From Bacteriovoracaceae bacterium (GTDB lineage: Bacteria; Bdellovibrionota; Bacteriovoracia; Bacteriovoracales; Bacteriovoracaceae): 64,000 bases of DNA. A program made the position numbers and the translations under genes. Below the pieces are notes generated by a model. It was not told where the DNA came from, ran no database searches, and saw only the letters and a list, made by a program, of their open reading frames with translations. This document shows, in pieces, positions 38,984 to 48,913 of the stretch. The stretch covers positions 32,001 through 96,000 of the forward strand of contig JBLWTJ010000001.1 of the NCBI GenBank assembly GCA_048270185.1. The letters run 5' to 3'. Position 1 is the stretch's first letter, and every line of letters begins with the position of its first letter.

Positions 38984-40235
38984 TATACCAAATACCTATA
39001 TTGCGAGGAGATTCCTCTTCTTCAAAGAAGCTCATAAGCTTTGCTTCTTTACCGCGTTCATTTAACATCATAACACGATCAAGGAGAATGTAGAGTTCTA
39101 ATAATCTTCCAAATTGCCAACGAATAATATCGCATAGAAAGAGCAATTCTAAAATTTCTTTTTGTGAATCAAAGTACTCATTAAATTCTTCATGGCCTTT
39201 ATTAATTGGAATTTTATTTTCAACACATTTTGTATGAGCATAAGTCGCAAAATCACTAGAGTATAAATTCTTATGTGCATCACCAATAGGGGAAACTTCA
39301 GTTTCTGTGCCATAGATTGAATCAATATAAAATTGTAGGCAGTAGCGATAGAATTTAACTTTCTTCTTCATTTGATACTCATCAAATGTCATGCTCTGGT
39401 GACCTCTTGTTGCAAGGGTGCAACTATTTCGGCCAAATTCAATTGGATTATTATCTTTTGCAAATTGAGAAAGATTAATATCAGTTTTTGGATTAAGTTT
39501 ATTATAACAACAACCAAAATTAAGAAGTCCTGAAACATTGCGATTAGAAGCAACCTGCATATGCTTAACAGCAAGTGGCCCGCATGTGTGGAGCCCCAGT
39601 GAGAATGAATTTTCACAAAATATTTCACTATTAAGATTACTTTCTAGCTCAATGCTAAAGTCGTGATTAATAAAGCGTACACTGCGATGACCCTCTGGCT
39701 TTGGGTATTTATTAAGCCTCTTGAGCCCAATGTCTTGAAACTCTTGATTGATATCGAGACTAATCATATCAAGGTCAAAATAGTGGGCAAGGATACGACT
39801 AAGGTGGCCAACACCTCCGCCAATATCAACGATATGCTTAAAGCGCATCTCGTTCTTATCTTGTAATTTATTTAAGAAATTCGCAATGGTTAAGATTTCG
39901 TATTGCTTCTTACCTTTTACTTTGTTGAAGGCCCAGCTTGGCAGACTCTCAACTCCTTTGATCCAGTTCTTGTCGATGGCCTCAATATACTCATGAGATT
40001 TTAGCTCATCAAATAAGCTCTTGAGTTTTGATTCTGGCATCGAAGTATAATTTCTCTTACAGTCGATTTGATAAAGGGCCTCATTCGAGAGTCCTGATAA
40101 GGTATTTAGAAACTCTTGTGGGTAGTAGTCTTTTATTCGCCCAGCGCGCCAAACGTCGATAACTTCTCTTTGCCATATATCACTATATGGGCGTAGAATA
40201 TCGTTAATATTTAGAAATTGCTGCTGGTAACTCAT
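38976..40235 (-). CDS. SAM-dependent methyltransferase (Methyltransf_32-like)
   Basis: KKQYEI, IVDIGGGVGHL, LHTCGPL, GCCY, SPRN; ATG 40235 avoids overlap with murD (track start 40370). Confidence 0.8.
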   Translation of the reverse strand: MSYQQQFLNINDILRPYSDIWQREVIDVWRAGRIKDYYPQEFLNTLSGLSNEALYQIDCKRNYTSMPESKLKSLFDELKSHEYIEAIDKNWIKGVESLPSWAFNKVKGKKQYEILTIANFLNKLQDKNEMRFKHIVDIGGGVGHLSRILAHYFDLDMISLDINQEFQDIGLKRLNKYPKPEGHRSVRFINHDFSIELESNLNSEIFCENSFSLGLHTCGPLAVKHMQVASNRNVSGLLNFGCCYNKLNPKTDINLSQFAKDNNPIEFGRNSCTLATRGHQSMTFDEYQMKKKVKFYRYCLQFYIDSIYGTETEVSPIGDAHKNLYSSDFATYAHTKCVENKIPINKGHEEFNEYFDSQKEILELLFLCDIIRWQFGRLLELYILLDRVMMLNERGKEAKLMSFFEEEESPRNIGIWYNE

Positions 40236-40281
40236 AGTGGCAAATGTAGCATTAATATTAGTAATTTGGAACTGGTGAAAA

Positions 40282-41589
40282 ATGATTATTAACGAAACTC
40301 TTAATCCATATAGTAAGATTGCAATTGTCGGTCTTGGCCTTTCTGGTCTTTCGGCCTTAAAGCTTCTCACTTTTCTTGGAAAGGATGTTTATTTAGTAAA
40401 TCAAGGATCTGTTGAATCTTGGCCGCAGTTCGAACAAACACCAAATATTAAAGGATGCTATCCGCAAGAACAGAGTGCTGAGATTTTAGCACAGATGGAC
40501 CTTATTATTCTCTCTCCTGGTATATCAAAGGAAATTTCGATATTTGAAAAGGTGAAATGTCCGATTTGGTGTGAAATTGAATTGGCCTATCAATTTGCTG
40601 ATGCACCCATTCTAGGAGTGACAGGAACAAATGGAAAGACCACTGTTGTTTCCTTCTTGGCCGAATGTGCAAAGCATGACTCGACTGGAGATTACTTTAT
40701 CGGTGGGAATATTGGAACTCCATTTTGTGATTATATTTATGAGCGAATGAGTGGAGAAAGAGAGCAGGTTCAAGGAATTATTCTTGAATTATCAAGCTTT
40801 CAGCTAAATCTCATTGAATCTTTCCAATGTGATGTGGCGGCGATCCTTAATCTAACTTTCAGTCACGGTGAACGCTATGATGATTTACAAGGTTATGCTC
40901 AAGATAAGTTTGAAATTTTCAAGAATATGGCCAATCAGGGGATTGCCTTCTTGCCTCGTAATTTAGAAATAAAAAATACTTATCCAATTAGAAATGAACA
41001 TCTACTCGATCTTGAAATTAGCAAAATCAAAGAAGAGCTTTCTGAAGTGATAAATCTTTCACAATTAAAGATTTACGGTGAGCACAATATTATCAATACG
41101 TACTTTGTTTATCTCTTATGGGATGCCTTTACAGGTAATCTTAGTGCTTTTAAGGCCGCTTGCCAGTCTTTTAATGGCGTTGAATATCGTCTACAACTAG
41201 TCAAACATGAAGGGGCCCAATACTTCTTCAATGATGCAAAGTCGACTAATTGGGATGCCACTATTGTGGCCTTAAATGGTGTGAAAGAATTAGGCAAAGT
41301 TGATCTAATTATTGGCGGCCAACTAAGAGGCCACGGTGATAATCAACTCGATAGACTACTTGCGTTTAAAGATCAAATTAATAAGATCTACTTCTTTGGA
41401 GAGTCGGGGAAAGTTTTAAATGAAATTGGTTGTGAAATTGATAATGTATATTGTGAGAATTTAGAAGAGGTTTTTAAAAGAGGCTTTAACGGGCAAGTAA
41501 TTGTGTTTTCTCCAGCTTTTCCTTCTTTTGATCAGTATGCAAACTATGTCAAAAGAGGTGCTCACTTTACACAATTAGCACTTACTTAA
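40282..41589 (+). CDS. murD: UDP-MurNAc-L-Ala:D-Glu ligase
   Basis: GLGLSG, SPGI, GTNGKTT, GGNIG, ELSSFQL, NDAKSTN, SPAFPSFDQY. Confidence 0.93.
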   Translation: MIINETLNPYSKIAIVGLGLSGLSALKLLTFLGKDVYLVNQGSVESWPQFEQTPNIKGCYPQEQSAEILAQMDLIILSPGISKEISIFEKVKCPIWCEIELAYQFADAPILGVTGTNGKTTVVSFLAECAKHDSTGDYFIGGNIGTPFCDYIYERMSGEREQVQGIILELSSFQLNLIESFQCDVAAILNLTFSHGERYDDLQGYAQDKFEIFKNMANQGIAFLPRNLEIKNTYPIRNEHLLDLEISKIKEELSEVINLSQLKIYGEHNIINTYFVYLLWDAFTGNLSAFKAACQSFNGVEYRLQLVKHEGAQYFFNDAKSTNWDATIVALNGVKELGKVDLIIGGQLRGHGDNQLDRLLAFKDQINKIYFFGESGKVLNEIGCEIDNVYCENLEEVFKRGFNGQVIVFSPAFPSFDQYANYVKRGAHFTQLALT

Positions 41590-41704
41590 GAATTGAAACT
41601 TTTACTTTTTCGGCCTTAGTATCTCTCATATTGTCAGCAATTGTGATCTTGAATAAGAAAATAATAAGGATTCCAATAATAAATTTACCTGACTTTGATT
41701 CCAT
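41582..41704 (-). CDS. Small single-TM protein (40 aa), probably leaderless, not in ORF track
   Basis: MESKSGKFIIGILIIFLFKITIADNMRDTKAEKVKVSILK; ATG 7 nt after a sigma28 -10 box. Confidence 0.55.
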   Translation of the reverse strand: MESKSGKFIIGILIIFLFKITIADNMRDTKAEKVKVSILK

Positions 41705-41711
41705 GACGTAA

Positions 41712-41738
41712 TTATCGGTACTTAGTCAAAATACTTTA
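41712..41738 (-). promoter_or_regulatory. Sigma28-like promoter
   Basis: TAAA-N15-ACCGATAA. Confidence 0.7.
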
Positions 41739-41757
41739 GTAAAATATTTGATTTAGT

Positions 41758-42567
41758 TTAGATTATTTTACTATTTCGTTTGCCTAAGATCCCATTTGTT
41801 AAAATATTGCCTACTATTAGGCTCAATAATAACACGCCAAGACCGGCCTTCAAACCAGCGGAAGTCTTTGCAGTAGGGTGTTCGCGAATTTCGTCATCAA
41901 TTTTCTCAACCGTTCCACAAATTGGTGCCTGTTCTTTCGGGTAAAGGTAAGTTGCACCCTGCCAGTCATCGACACCGATTGTTTCTCGGCCAGATAAGTT
42001 CCTAAAGTACATCAATGATGCTGTATCTGAAGAATGTCCCAGACCGAAAGCATGGCCAATTTCATGGGCCAGTAGTGCAATTTTCTGCGCTCTTGTTTGG
42101 TCATTGTACTTGGTCGTTGCCTTAGCATTTATGCCAATAACAGCGCCAACAATTTCTGCTCCATTGAGGTTATTTGGCAGAGTGACGGCCAAGATTCCAG
42201 AACTTGAAAAAGGATTATTATTACTATTACATACAATGAGAACTTGCTTATTTGTATTAGGAACAGGATTAAGACATGTTGGCTCATCCTCGTCACAAAT
42301 CATATTATTATTATAATCAGAACTTACTGTAACAATATCACCGGCCCTCAAGTGAAGGCTGCTGGTTGAGATTTTATTCCAATACTCCGAGACAGCAATA
42401 TCAACCATATCAAGTATCTCATCAGGAGTGTCATTTAGATTTGCACATCCATCAGCGGCCACATCAACTCTGATCTCTGGATTGGCAAAACGAATTGGAA
42501 CATTGGCCAAGATTGTAAATGAAGCATAACTATATGTTGATATAAGTAAGGCAATTAACAATTTCAT
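41758..42567 (-). CDS. Matrixin-like (M10) metalloprotease with C-terminal membrane anchor
   Basis: Signal peptide SYA|S; HEIGHAFGLGHS and SLMY Met-turn; C-terminal CG...TM...KRNSK. Confidence 0.85.
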   Translation of the reverse strand: MKLLIALLISTYSYASFTILANVPIRFANPEIRVDVAADGCANLNDTPDEILDMVDIAVSEYWNKISTSSLHLRAGDIVTVSSDYNNNMICDEDEPTCLNPVPNTNKQVLIVCNSNNNPFSSSGILAVTLPNNLNGAEIVGAVIGINAKATTKYNDQTRAQKIALLAHEIGHAFGLGHSSDTASLMYFRNLSGRETIGVDDWQGATYLYPKEQAPICGTVEKIDDEIREHPTAKTSAGLKAGLGVLLLSLIVGNILTNGILGKRNSKII

Positions 42568-43169
42568 TGTGAGTTCCCAAATAAGTAGTTCAAAGAGAGA
42601 GCATAGCTGAAGCTACGTTCTTCAGAGTCTTCAATATTAAATATACTAAACTGTGTGTTAAAGTAGAATTCTTTGTTGATAATATAGTCTCCGCCAATAA
42701 TCACAATATTATTAATGGCCGTCTGAAAATCATCAGGTGTGACAAATTCTTGAGTTGATGTTCCATTTCCCAGTGTTTGAGTTGTGCCATCCATGAGCAG
42801 ATAAGTGAAGAAAAGCCCTAGCCCTGCACTTATTCTGAATTGTTCATTAATAGAGTGTTCAATTAAAGTCTGAATCCATAAATTAGTTTCTGTCACAATT
42901 CCATCTGATGTGGACTTTGGGATTGTGACACTCGCTTCAATATTGATCTTCTTACCCCAGAAAAAATCAGTTCGATAATTCCCTCTAAGGAATGGATTGA
43001 AGGTGGCATAATTTCTTCCACCATCAATATCTGTTTGAATCTTTCCGACATGCTTAGTCAGGTTTCCAAGCCCTAGGGAGTATTCTCCATCGAAGTTAAA
43101 AAATTGAGCGTTTATTGATAATTGGAATATAACAATAATGCACAGGGGAAATAAGCGAGTCATTTTCAT
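42564..43169 (-). CDS. Small outer-membrane beta-barrel protein
   Basis: Signal peptide; about 8 amphipathic strands; YALSLNYLF near C-terminus; overlaps the protease start. Confidence 0.65.
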   Translation of the reverse strand: MKMTRLFPLCIIVIFQLSINAQFFNFDGEYSLGLGNLTKHVGKIQTDIDGGRNYATFNPFLRGNYRTDFFWGKKINIEASVTIPKSTSDGIVTETNLWIQTLIEHSINEQFRISAGLGLFFTYLLMDGTTQTLGNGTSTQEFVTPDDFQTAINNIVIIGGDYIINKEFYFNTQFSIFNIEDSEERSFSYALSLNYLFGNSQ

Positions 43170-43274
43170 GTCATAATTGTTAAGAAGTTTTCAGGCTTTG
43201 ACAACTTCTTATTTCTTTGCAAATTAGCGTGAAAACCTTAAAATAGCTGCATCTAATTAAAAAAGGATTTTAAG

Positions 43275-44390
43275 ATGTTTGAAGATTATAAAGTTGCCCC
43301 AGAGCTAATTCCTAGTGACCCTCGTTTCGGTGTTGGTCCATCTCTCGTTCCTGTTGAATTTGTTGAAAGGCTTGCACAAACAAAGGCCAGTCTACTTGGT
43401 ACATCACATCGAAAGCCAGCAGTGAAGAATCTTGTGAAGGAAGTACAAGAAGGCCTTGCTAAATTTTATAATATTCCAGAAGGGTATGAAGTTGTTCTCG
43501 GAAATGGGGGAGCGACATTCCTATTTGATATGATCGGCCTAGGCCTTGTGAATAAGAAAAGTGTTCACTACACTTGTGGTGAATTTTCGAATAAATGGTT
43601 TAAGTCCCACAATGCAATCCCATGGATTGAAGCTCAAGAGGTTGCAAGTGAGTATGGCCAAGGGTGTGAGCCAAAAGATCACGCTGACGCCGATATGATT
43701 TGTTTCACATTAAATGAAACGTCAACAGGTGTTCAAACTACAACAATCCCTGAAGTTTCTGGTGATACTCTTGTCGCTGTTGATGCTACAAGTGGTGCCG
43801 GACAGATCGAATTAGATCTTTCTAAAGTTGATTGCTATTTCTTTTCACCGCAAAAAGTCTTTGCTTCTGAAGGTGGACTATTTGTTGCCATCATGTCTCC
43901 AAAAGCACTTAAGCGCGCGCAAGAAATTGCAAGTACTGATCGCTATATTCCTGGGATTATGGATTGGAAAGTGGCCATTGATAATTCTCTGAAGAATCAA
44001 ACTTATAATACACCAAGTATCTCAACACTTTTCTACCTTAATGAGCAAGTAAAGCTTATGAACTCACAAGGTGGTCAGAGCTTTGCTGTCGAGCTGGCCA
44101 ATAAGAAGGCCAACCTAATCTATGGTTGGGCCCAAGAAGAAAGCTTTCTTGAAGCCTATGTCGCCGATGAAAAATATCGTTCAACTTCAGTTGCGACAAT
44201 CAATGTTGATGATAAGTATGAAGTCGCTGCACTTATTAAAGTCCTTGAGGCTCAAAAGGTTGCTAATGGAATTGATTCATACAGAAAACTTGGTAAGAAT
44301 CAGTTTAGAATTTCACTCTTTCACAATGTGAAGCTAGAAGATCTAGAGAAGCTAACTAAAATTATATCAAACGCTATTAAGCAAGCTTAG
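43275..44390 (+). CDS. serC: Phosphoserine aminotransferase (class V PLP)
   Basis: PSDPRFGVGPS, GTSHR, NETSTGV, DATSG, SPQK, NQTYNTP, YRKLGKNQ. Confidence 0.88.
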   Translation: MFEDYKVAPELIPSDPRFGVGPSLVPVEFVERLAQTKASLLGTSHRKPAVKNLVKEVQEGLAKFYNIPEGYEVVLGNGGATFLFDMIGLGLVNKKSVHYTCGEFSNKWFKSHNAIPWIEAQEVASEYGQGCEPKDHADADMICFTLNETSTGVQTTTIPEVSGDTLVAVDATSGAGQIELDLSKVDCYFFSPQKVFASEGGLFVAIMSPKALKRAQEIASTDRYIPGIMDWKVAIDNSLKNQTYNTPSISTLFYLNEQVKLMNSQGGQSFAVELANKKANLIYGWAQEESFLEAYVADEKYRSTSVATINVDDKYEVAALIKVLEAQKVANGIDSYRKLGKNQFRISLFHNVKLEDLEKLTKIISNAIKQA

Positions 44391-44394
44391 TATT

Positions 44395-44592
44395 TTAGAG
44401 GAGCACTTTGTGCTCCTTTTTTTTATTTGAGTTTAATTTTCTTAGATCAATTGACATGGAAGCATTAGTGTAGAATTCCATGTATTCACTTCCTAGATGA
44501 TCCCAGATTTCTTTCGTTGATAGAGGGTTCTTTCTCTTTTGATCGGCGACATAATGAATAGTCCAATAACTTCCCATACTCGTTTCTAACAT
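44395..44592 (-). CDS. Possible small hypothetical protein or gene remnant
   Basis: 65-aa ORF running through the serC terminator; weak ATCGATAA box upstream. Confidence 0.25.
   Translation of the reverse strand: MLETSMGSYWTIHYVADQKRKNPLSTKEIWDHLGSEYMEFYTNASMSIDLRKLNSNKKKEHKVLL
44399..44424 (+). terminator. Intrinsic terminator of serC
   Basis: AGGAGCAC-ttt-GTGCTCCT then T-run. Confidence 0.8.
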
Positions 44593-44707
44593 AGTTCGGT
44601 TATGGGTTTTATCGATGTGAAATTTTTGTAATAGAGCCTTATTGTTCTTTAGTTAACCTATAGATTTGGTGAAGAAGTGCTAGATATTTTTAAACAATGC
44701 TTTTAAA

Positions 44708-44734
44708 TAATGTTTATTAAGGTGTGTCCGATAA
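44708..44734 (+). promoter_or_regulatory. Sigma28-like promoter
   Basis: TAAT-N15-TCCGATAA. Confidence 0.55.
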
Positions 44735-44774
44735 GTATTTGTATTTACAAGCTAGTTAAAGAAATAGAGGGCCA

Positions 44775-45761
44775 ATGAAGGTTAGGGTTATATTAAAGGT
44801 TTTTGTCTTTTCACTCTTTGGGAAATTTACGTACTCTAATTGTGAGTATTCTGCCAAAGGGTTTCATACTATCGCAAATTATCCAAAGGATAATCCACAG
44901 TACTTTGATAAATTAATACAATATTATTCTGGTCACGAAAGTATCTGGTTAAGTCATTTCAGTGGAAAGTACTTAGGGGAGTTAGCCGATAGCAAAAATA
45001 TAAAAGGAGTAAATAATTTAAAAAAAATTAATATTGGTAGGAGTTCCTGCATTATTAATACTAAAGATGGCCTAGTTGAAATAAATCATTTAGCAGGAAA
45101 ACAATATAATATCTTAACATGTGATAGAAGTGACTACTTAAGTAATTCGATTGGCCTCATTGAAAATCAGGCCATTTATTTACCTGTTTCAATAGATGTC
45201 AAAGAAGTAAGTATTCCGTACACTACACAAATTCAAAATAAAATTAAAACCGTTAATAAACTAGTTCTTGGAATGAGTTTTAATTTAACAAATGATTTAA
45301 AATTTTCGAGTAAGAATTTTTCTATAGAAAAAGTAAATATACGTACAATAGGTAGTGATAAGAAATTATACTCTTTCGAGTACTCTCTTCGAATTAAGGG
45401 GAAGTTCATGGATAGTTTTTTTAAAAAGAACTTTTCTCGACAAGATAAGCATCGTTTAGATTCAACGAGAGGCAAAGATTTAATTTACAAGGCAACTTTC
45501 TTAGTAAGTGATAAAAATGATATTTGGCTTATCGGTGATAACTCGCAAGATAGTTGCGAGTTTGGTGTCTTGGCAAGTGCTACAAAAAAAACTGGAAACA
45601 CATATGGTGAATTACCAGCGCTAGAGTTGATTGCTGCATATGATTGGGACTATGACGGAATGCCTGATATTGTTGATTTGAAGGGCGCCGGTTCATCATA
45701 TCGTTACCTTTTGAATTTTAAAAAATATCTAGTTGTTTTAGAGAGGATTGATAATGATTAG
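44775..45761 (+). CDS. Secreted hypothetical protein
   Basis: Signal-like N-terminus; DWDYDGMPD Ca-binding-type motif; AT-rich. Confidence 0.65.
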   Translation: MKVRVILKVFVFSLFGKFTYSNCEYSAKGFHTIANYPKDNPQYFDKLIQYYSGHESIWLSHFSGKYLGELADSKNIKGVNNLKKINIGRSSCIINTKDGLVEINHLAGKQYNILTCDRSDYLSNSIGLIENQAIYLPVSIDVKEVSIPYTTQIQNKIKTVNKLVLGMSFNLTNDLKFSSKNFSIEKVNIRTIGSDKKLYSFEYSLRIKGKFMDSFFKKNFSRQDKHRLDSTRGKDLIYKATFLVSDKNDIWLIGDNSQDSCEFGVLASATKKTGNTYGELPALELIAAYDWDYDGMPDIVDLKGAGSSYRYLLNFKKYLVVLERIDND

Positions 45762-47676
45762 ATATTATATATTTATTACTTCTGTTTTTTTTATAACTGA
45801 AGTTATAGCAGTATTAAAACTTAATAATGCTAATTTTGATGAATCTCAGTACTCTTGTGTCGACAATAGTAGAGTAGTACTTCCACATAATCTTCCAGTT
45901 TCATATGTTGCTGACCAATGTATAAAGTTATACCAAAAAGATCGTGAAATTTTACTCTCTAATAAAGACGTAAGAGGAAGTGGAATATATTTATATTTAA
46001 ACGAGAAAAAAATTGAAAACTTAAATGCACTTGGAAGTACGTGGAGTAGTCAACGAGGGATGATAAACACTGTTTTTAACAAATCTAACTTTAGCTACTC
46101 TAGGTTTACTAGCAGGATGGAAAAAATCACATTCCATTACTCTGACTTACGATGGAGCTTTTTCAAAAATGATATAAAGAGTATAGATTTTAATCACTCG
46201 GATTTAAGATATTCTTGGCTAACGCAGCCTCGTCATTATTCTAGTTTTAAACCAGTTCTTTCTTTTCTCGGTAGTGACTTACGTTATGCTAAAATTGATA
46301 TTAATATTGACCGTAATTCCAATTTTAGTAAAGGTTGGCTTAATGGTGCAAAAATTAATTCTTATACAAATATAGGTAATTTATCTATCAGTGATATGGT
46401 TAAGTATGGAGCTATTCTTCATGATGTTGAAAATGATTTTGATAAGGATAAGTGCATAAGTTTTGCTAAAAGAAATGGCCCATATGGGAAGAAAGATTGC
46501 TACATCACAAAGAATGAAAAAGATTATGAGTTAAAAAGTGAAACGATTAATACTCCTTTGATAAATCAGAAATTTGACAAGTATACTTATTTAAAAAATA
46601 AAACATTTCATGGTGATATTTCTAATGTCTATTTTTCTTATGCGATTTTAAATAATATCTCATTTATTGATTTAAAAGCATCAGACCTAACTATGCATTG
46701 GACTCTGTTAGATAAAGTGAAGTTTAATAAGGTAAATGTTTTTAAAGGTAGCTTTAAAGGGCAGTTGATAAATAGCTCTGTAACTGATACTGATTTCGAT
46801 AAAACTAGTTTGAGTGGGGTAAGAATAATAAATTCTAAATTTCTTAAAAGTACACTTAATGATGTTGATTTTATAAGTTCTTCTTTTATTAATGTTGTAC
46901 TTGATGAAGTAAGTATTAGTTCTGCGAATTTCGAATATAGTACATTATACAATGTAAAATTTAACAAATGTAAGATAGAGAATGTTTTGTTTAAATTTAA
47001 TGTTGGTAAAGATGTAACTTTCAAAAATTGTAATTTTAAAAATGTCGACTTCAGAGGTGCAAATTTAGAAGCGGTATATTTTGTTAATAGTACATTTGAT
47101 AATGTTCAGTTTGACGATCAAGCTATGAGTCAAAAGCTGGGGGTTCCAAACTCAAATAACACTAAAAGTACTTTGCTCAACAAAGTCGTTCCACTGTGTT
47201 CTGAAACTAATGCTAGTGTTTATGATGCGAAAGAGGGACAAGTAATTTCTCAGGCAATTTCAAAATGTTCAGATTTTCATAAAAAAGGCCCTGGAGCCCA
47301 ATATTTTGATGTGTTAGAACATGTCAATAATTGGCTAAAGGTTCGTGTCACTTCTGTGTTTAATTATGAGGCGAGTAAAAAGAAAAGTGGAAAAATACAT
47401 AGTGTTCCAAGTGATGTAGTGTTTTGGTTAAAAGAGGAGACGATAACAACACCTTATGTCTTAACAGATGGAAAATTTAAAATTTACTTACCTTATAAAT
47501 TTGTAAAATTCATTTCACAAGATAAGGATTCAGTTACTTTTGAATACTCATTTAGTGACTGTTCGCACTCTAAAGATAAAACGACTTTAAAATATCCAGT
47601 AGGCTTTGATTATCGTAGGGGATTTATTCAAAATAACATTCCTTCATACGACAGTGATGATTATTGTGGACATTAA
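45754..47676 (+). CDS. Secreted pentapeptide-repeat protein with C-terminal SH3-like domain
   Basis: Signal peptide; SDLRW/SDLRY/ANFEY/VDFRG repeats; FDVLEHVNNWLKV...FWLK; GAGGA RBS before ATG 45754. Confidence 0.75.
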   Translation: MIRYYIFITSVFFITEVIAVLKLNNANFDESQYSCVDNSRVVLPHNLPVSYVADQCIKLYQKDREILLSNKDVRGSGIYLYLNEKKIENLNALGSTWSSQRGMINTVFNKSNFSYSRFTSRMEKITFHYSDLRWSFFKNDIKSIDFNHSDLRYSWLTQPRHYSSFKPVLSFLGSDLRYAKIDINIDRNSNFSKGWLNGAKINSYTNIGNLSISDMVKYGAILHDVENDFDKDKCISFAKRNGPYGKKDCYITKNEKDYELKSETINTPLINQKFDKYTYLKNKTFHGDISNVYFSYAILNNISFIDLKASDLTMHWTLLDKVKFNKVNVFKGSFKGQLINSSVTDTDFDKTSLSGVRIINSKFLKSTLNDVDFISSSFINVVLDEVSISSANFEYSTLYNVKFNKCKIENVLFKFNVGKDVTFKNCNFKNVDFRGANLEAVYFVNSTFDNVQFDDQAMSQKLGVPNSNNTKSTLLNKVVPLCSETNASVYDAKEGQVISQAISKCSDFHKKGPGAQYFDVLEHVNNWLKVRVTSVFNYEASKKKSGKIHSVPSDVVFWLKEETITTPYVLTDGKFKIYLPYKFVKFISQDKDSVTFEYSFSDCSHSKDKTTLKYPVGFDYRRGFIQNNIPSYDSDDYCGH

Positions 47677-47706
47677 AAAAAAAGGAGCTCGAAGAGCTCC
47701 TTTTTT
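47675..47706. terminator. Bidirectional terminator
   Basis: A9-GGAGCTC-gaa-GAGCTCC-T6. Confidence 0.85.
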
Positions 47707-47717
47707 ATTATTTGAAA

Positions 47718-48863
47718 TTAGTTTTTTGAACCGTCGTCTTTATTATAATTCTTTAAGAAGTCAGTCTTCCACTCTGTGTAGCGGTTATCAAGAATAGCTT
47801 CACGGGCTTCTTCGGCCATATTCTTGTAAAATTCAATATTGTGCATCGTCGCTAGAACTTGTCCGAGGATTTCATTTGAGTCAAAAAGGTGCTTAACATA
47901 AGCACGTGTAAAATTTTGGCAACAATAGCATTTACAATTTGGCTCAATCGGAAAGAAGTCTCGACGGTAATTCTTGTGACGAATTCTAATTTTTCCACGT
48001 TTTGTAAATAGTGTCCCACCACGTGCAAATTTTGTTGGAATGATACAGTCACTCATATCGATTCCATGCTCCCAGATCATGCAAAGATCTTCTGGGTTAC
48101 CAACGCCCATTACGTAGCGAGGCTTATCCTTTGGCATTTTTGGCCCAGTGTACTTCACAATTTTTTCCATTAGCTCAGGCCCTTCACCAACTGATACACC
48201 ACCAATGGCATAACCTGGAAGGTCGCGCTTAACTAGCTCGTCTAAGCACTCATCTCTGTAGTCATCGTAAGTTGAACCTTGGATAATTCCAAAAAGAGCT
48301 TGCTTAGGATTTGTCCAAGCATCGATACAACGATCAAGCCAACGGTGTGTACGATCAATCGATGTCTTGGTATACTCGCGAGTTGCTGGATATGGAATAC
48401 ACTCATCAAAGGCCATCATAATATCGCTTCCAAGCTCTTGCTGGATTTGAATTGATGTCTCTGGTGAGAGCATAATTGATTTACCTTTATGGTCTTTAAA
48501 TTCAGCTCCTTCTTCTTTGATGCTCTTTCTTTGAAGAGAGAAGACTTGGAATCCACCTGAGTCAGTAAGAATTGGACGATCCCAATTCATGAACTTATGT
48601 AGTCCACCAGCTTTCTCAACAAGTTTTGAACCAGGAGATAAATGAAGGTGGTATGTATTTGAAAGAATAATTTTTGTGTCCAGATCTTTTAAGAAGTTTG
48701 GAGGTAGTGCTTTGATGGCACCGTGTGTACCAACTGGCATAAACACTGGTGTTGGAATTTCACCGTGTGGAGTTGTAATAACACCCGCTCTTGCTCCTGA
48801 TTTCTTGTCTTCGTGGACTACTTTGAACTTGAAGTGTTCTTTAACTTGATCTTGAATGCGCAT
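47718..48863 (-). CDS. tgt: tRNA-guanine transglycosylase
   Basis: TPVFMPVGT, NTYHL, TDSGGFQVFSL, FDEC, GIIQG, CKCYCC...H zinc site. Confidence 0.97.
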   Translation of the reverse strand: MRIQDQVKEHFKFKVVHEDKKSGARAGVITTPHGEIPTPVFMPVGTHGAIKALPPNFLKDLDTKIILSNTYHLHLSPGSKLVEKAGGLHKFMNWDRPILTDSGGFQVFSLQRKSIKEEGAEFKDHKGKSIMLSPETSIQIQQELGSDIMMAFDECIPYPATREYTKTSIDRTHRWLDRCIDAWTNPKQALFGIIQGSTYDDYRDECLDELVKRDLPGYAIGGVSVGEGPELMEKIVKYTGPKMPKDKPRYVMGVGNPEDLCMIWEHGIDMSDCIIPTKFARGGTLFTKRGKIRIRHKNYRRDFFPIEPNCKCYCCQNFTRAYVKHLFDSNEILGQVLATMHNIEFYKNMAEEAREAILDNRYTEWKTDFLKNYNKDDGSKN

Positions 48864-48913
48864 AAATCGCCCTTCGTCGTAACTCGACTATTGAAGTATC
48901 ATTTCTACTAACT

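Noticed and set aside
40236..40370. N-terminal 45 aa of the methyltransferase ORF overlapping murD
   Set aside because: Antisense to the murD start; ATG 40235 has a properly spaced extended -10 box
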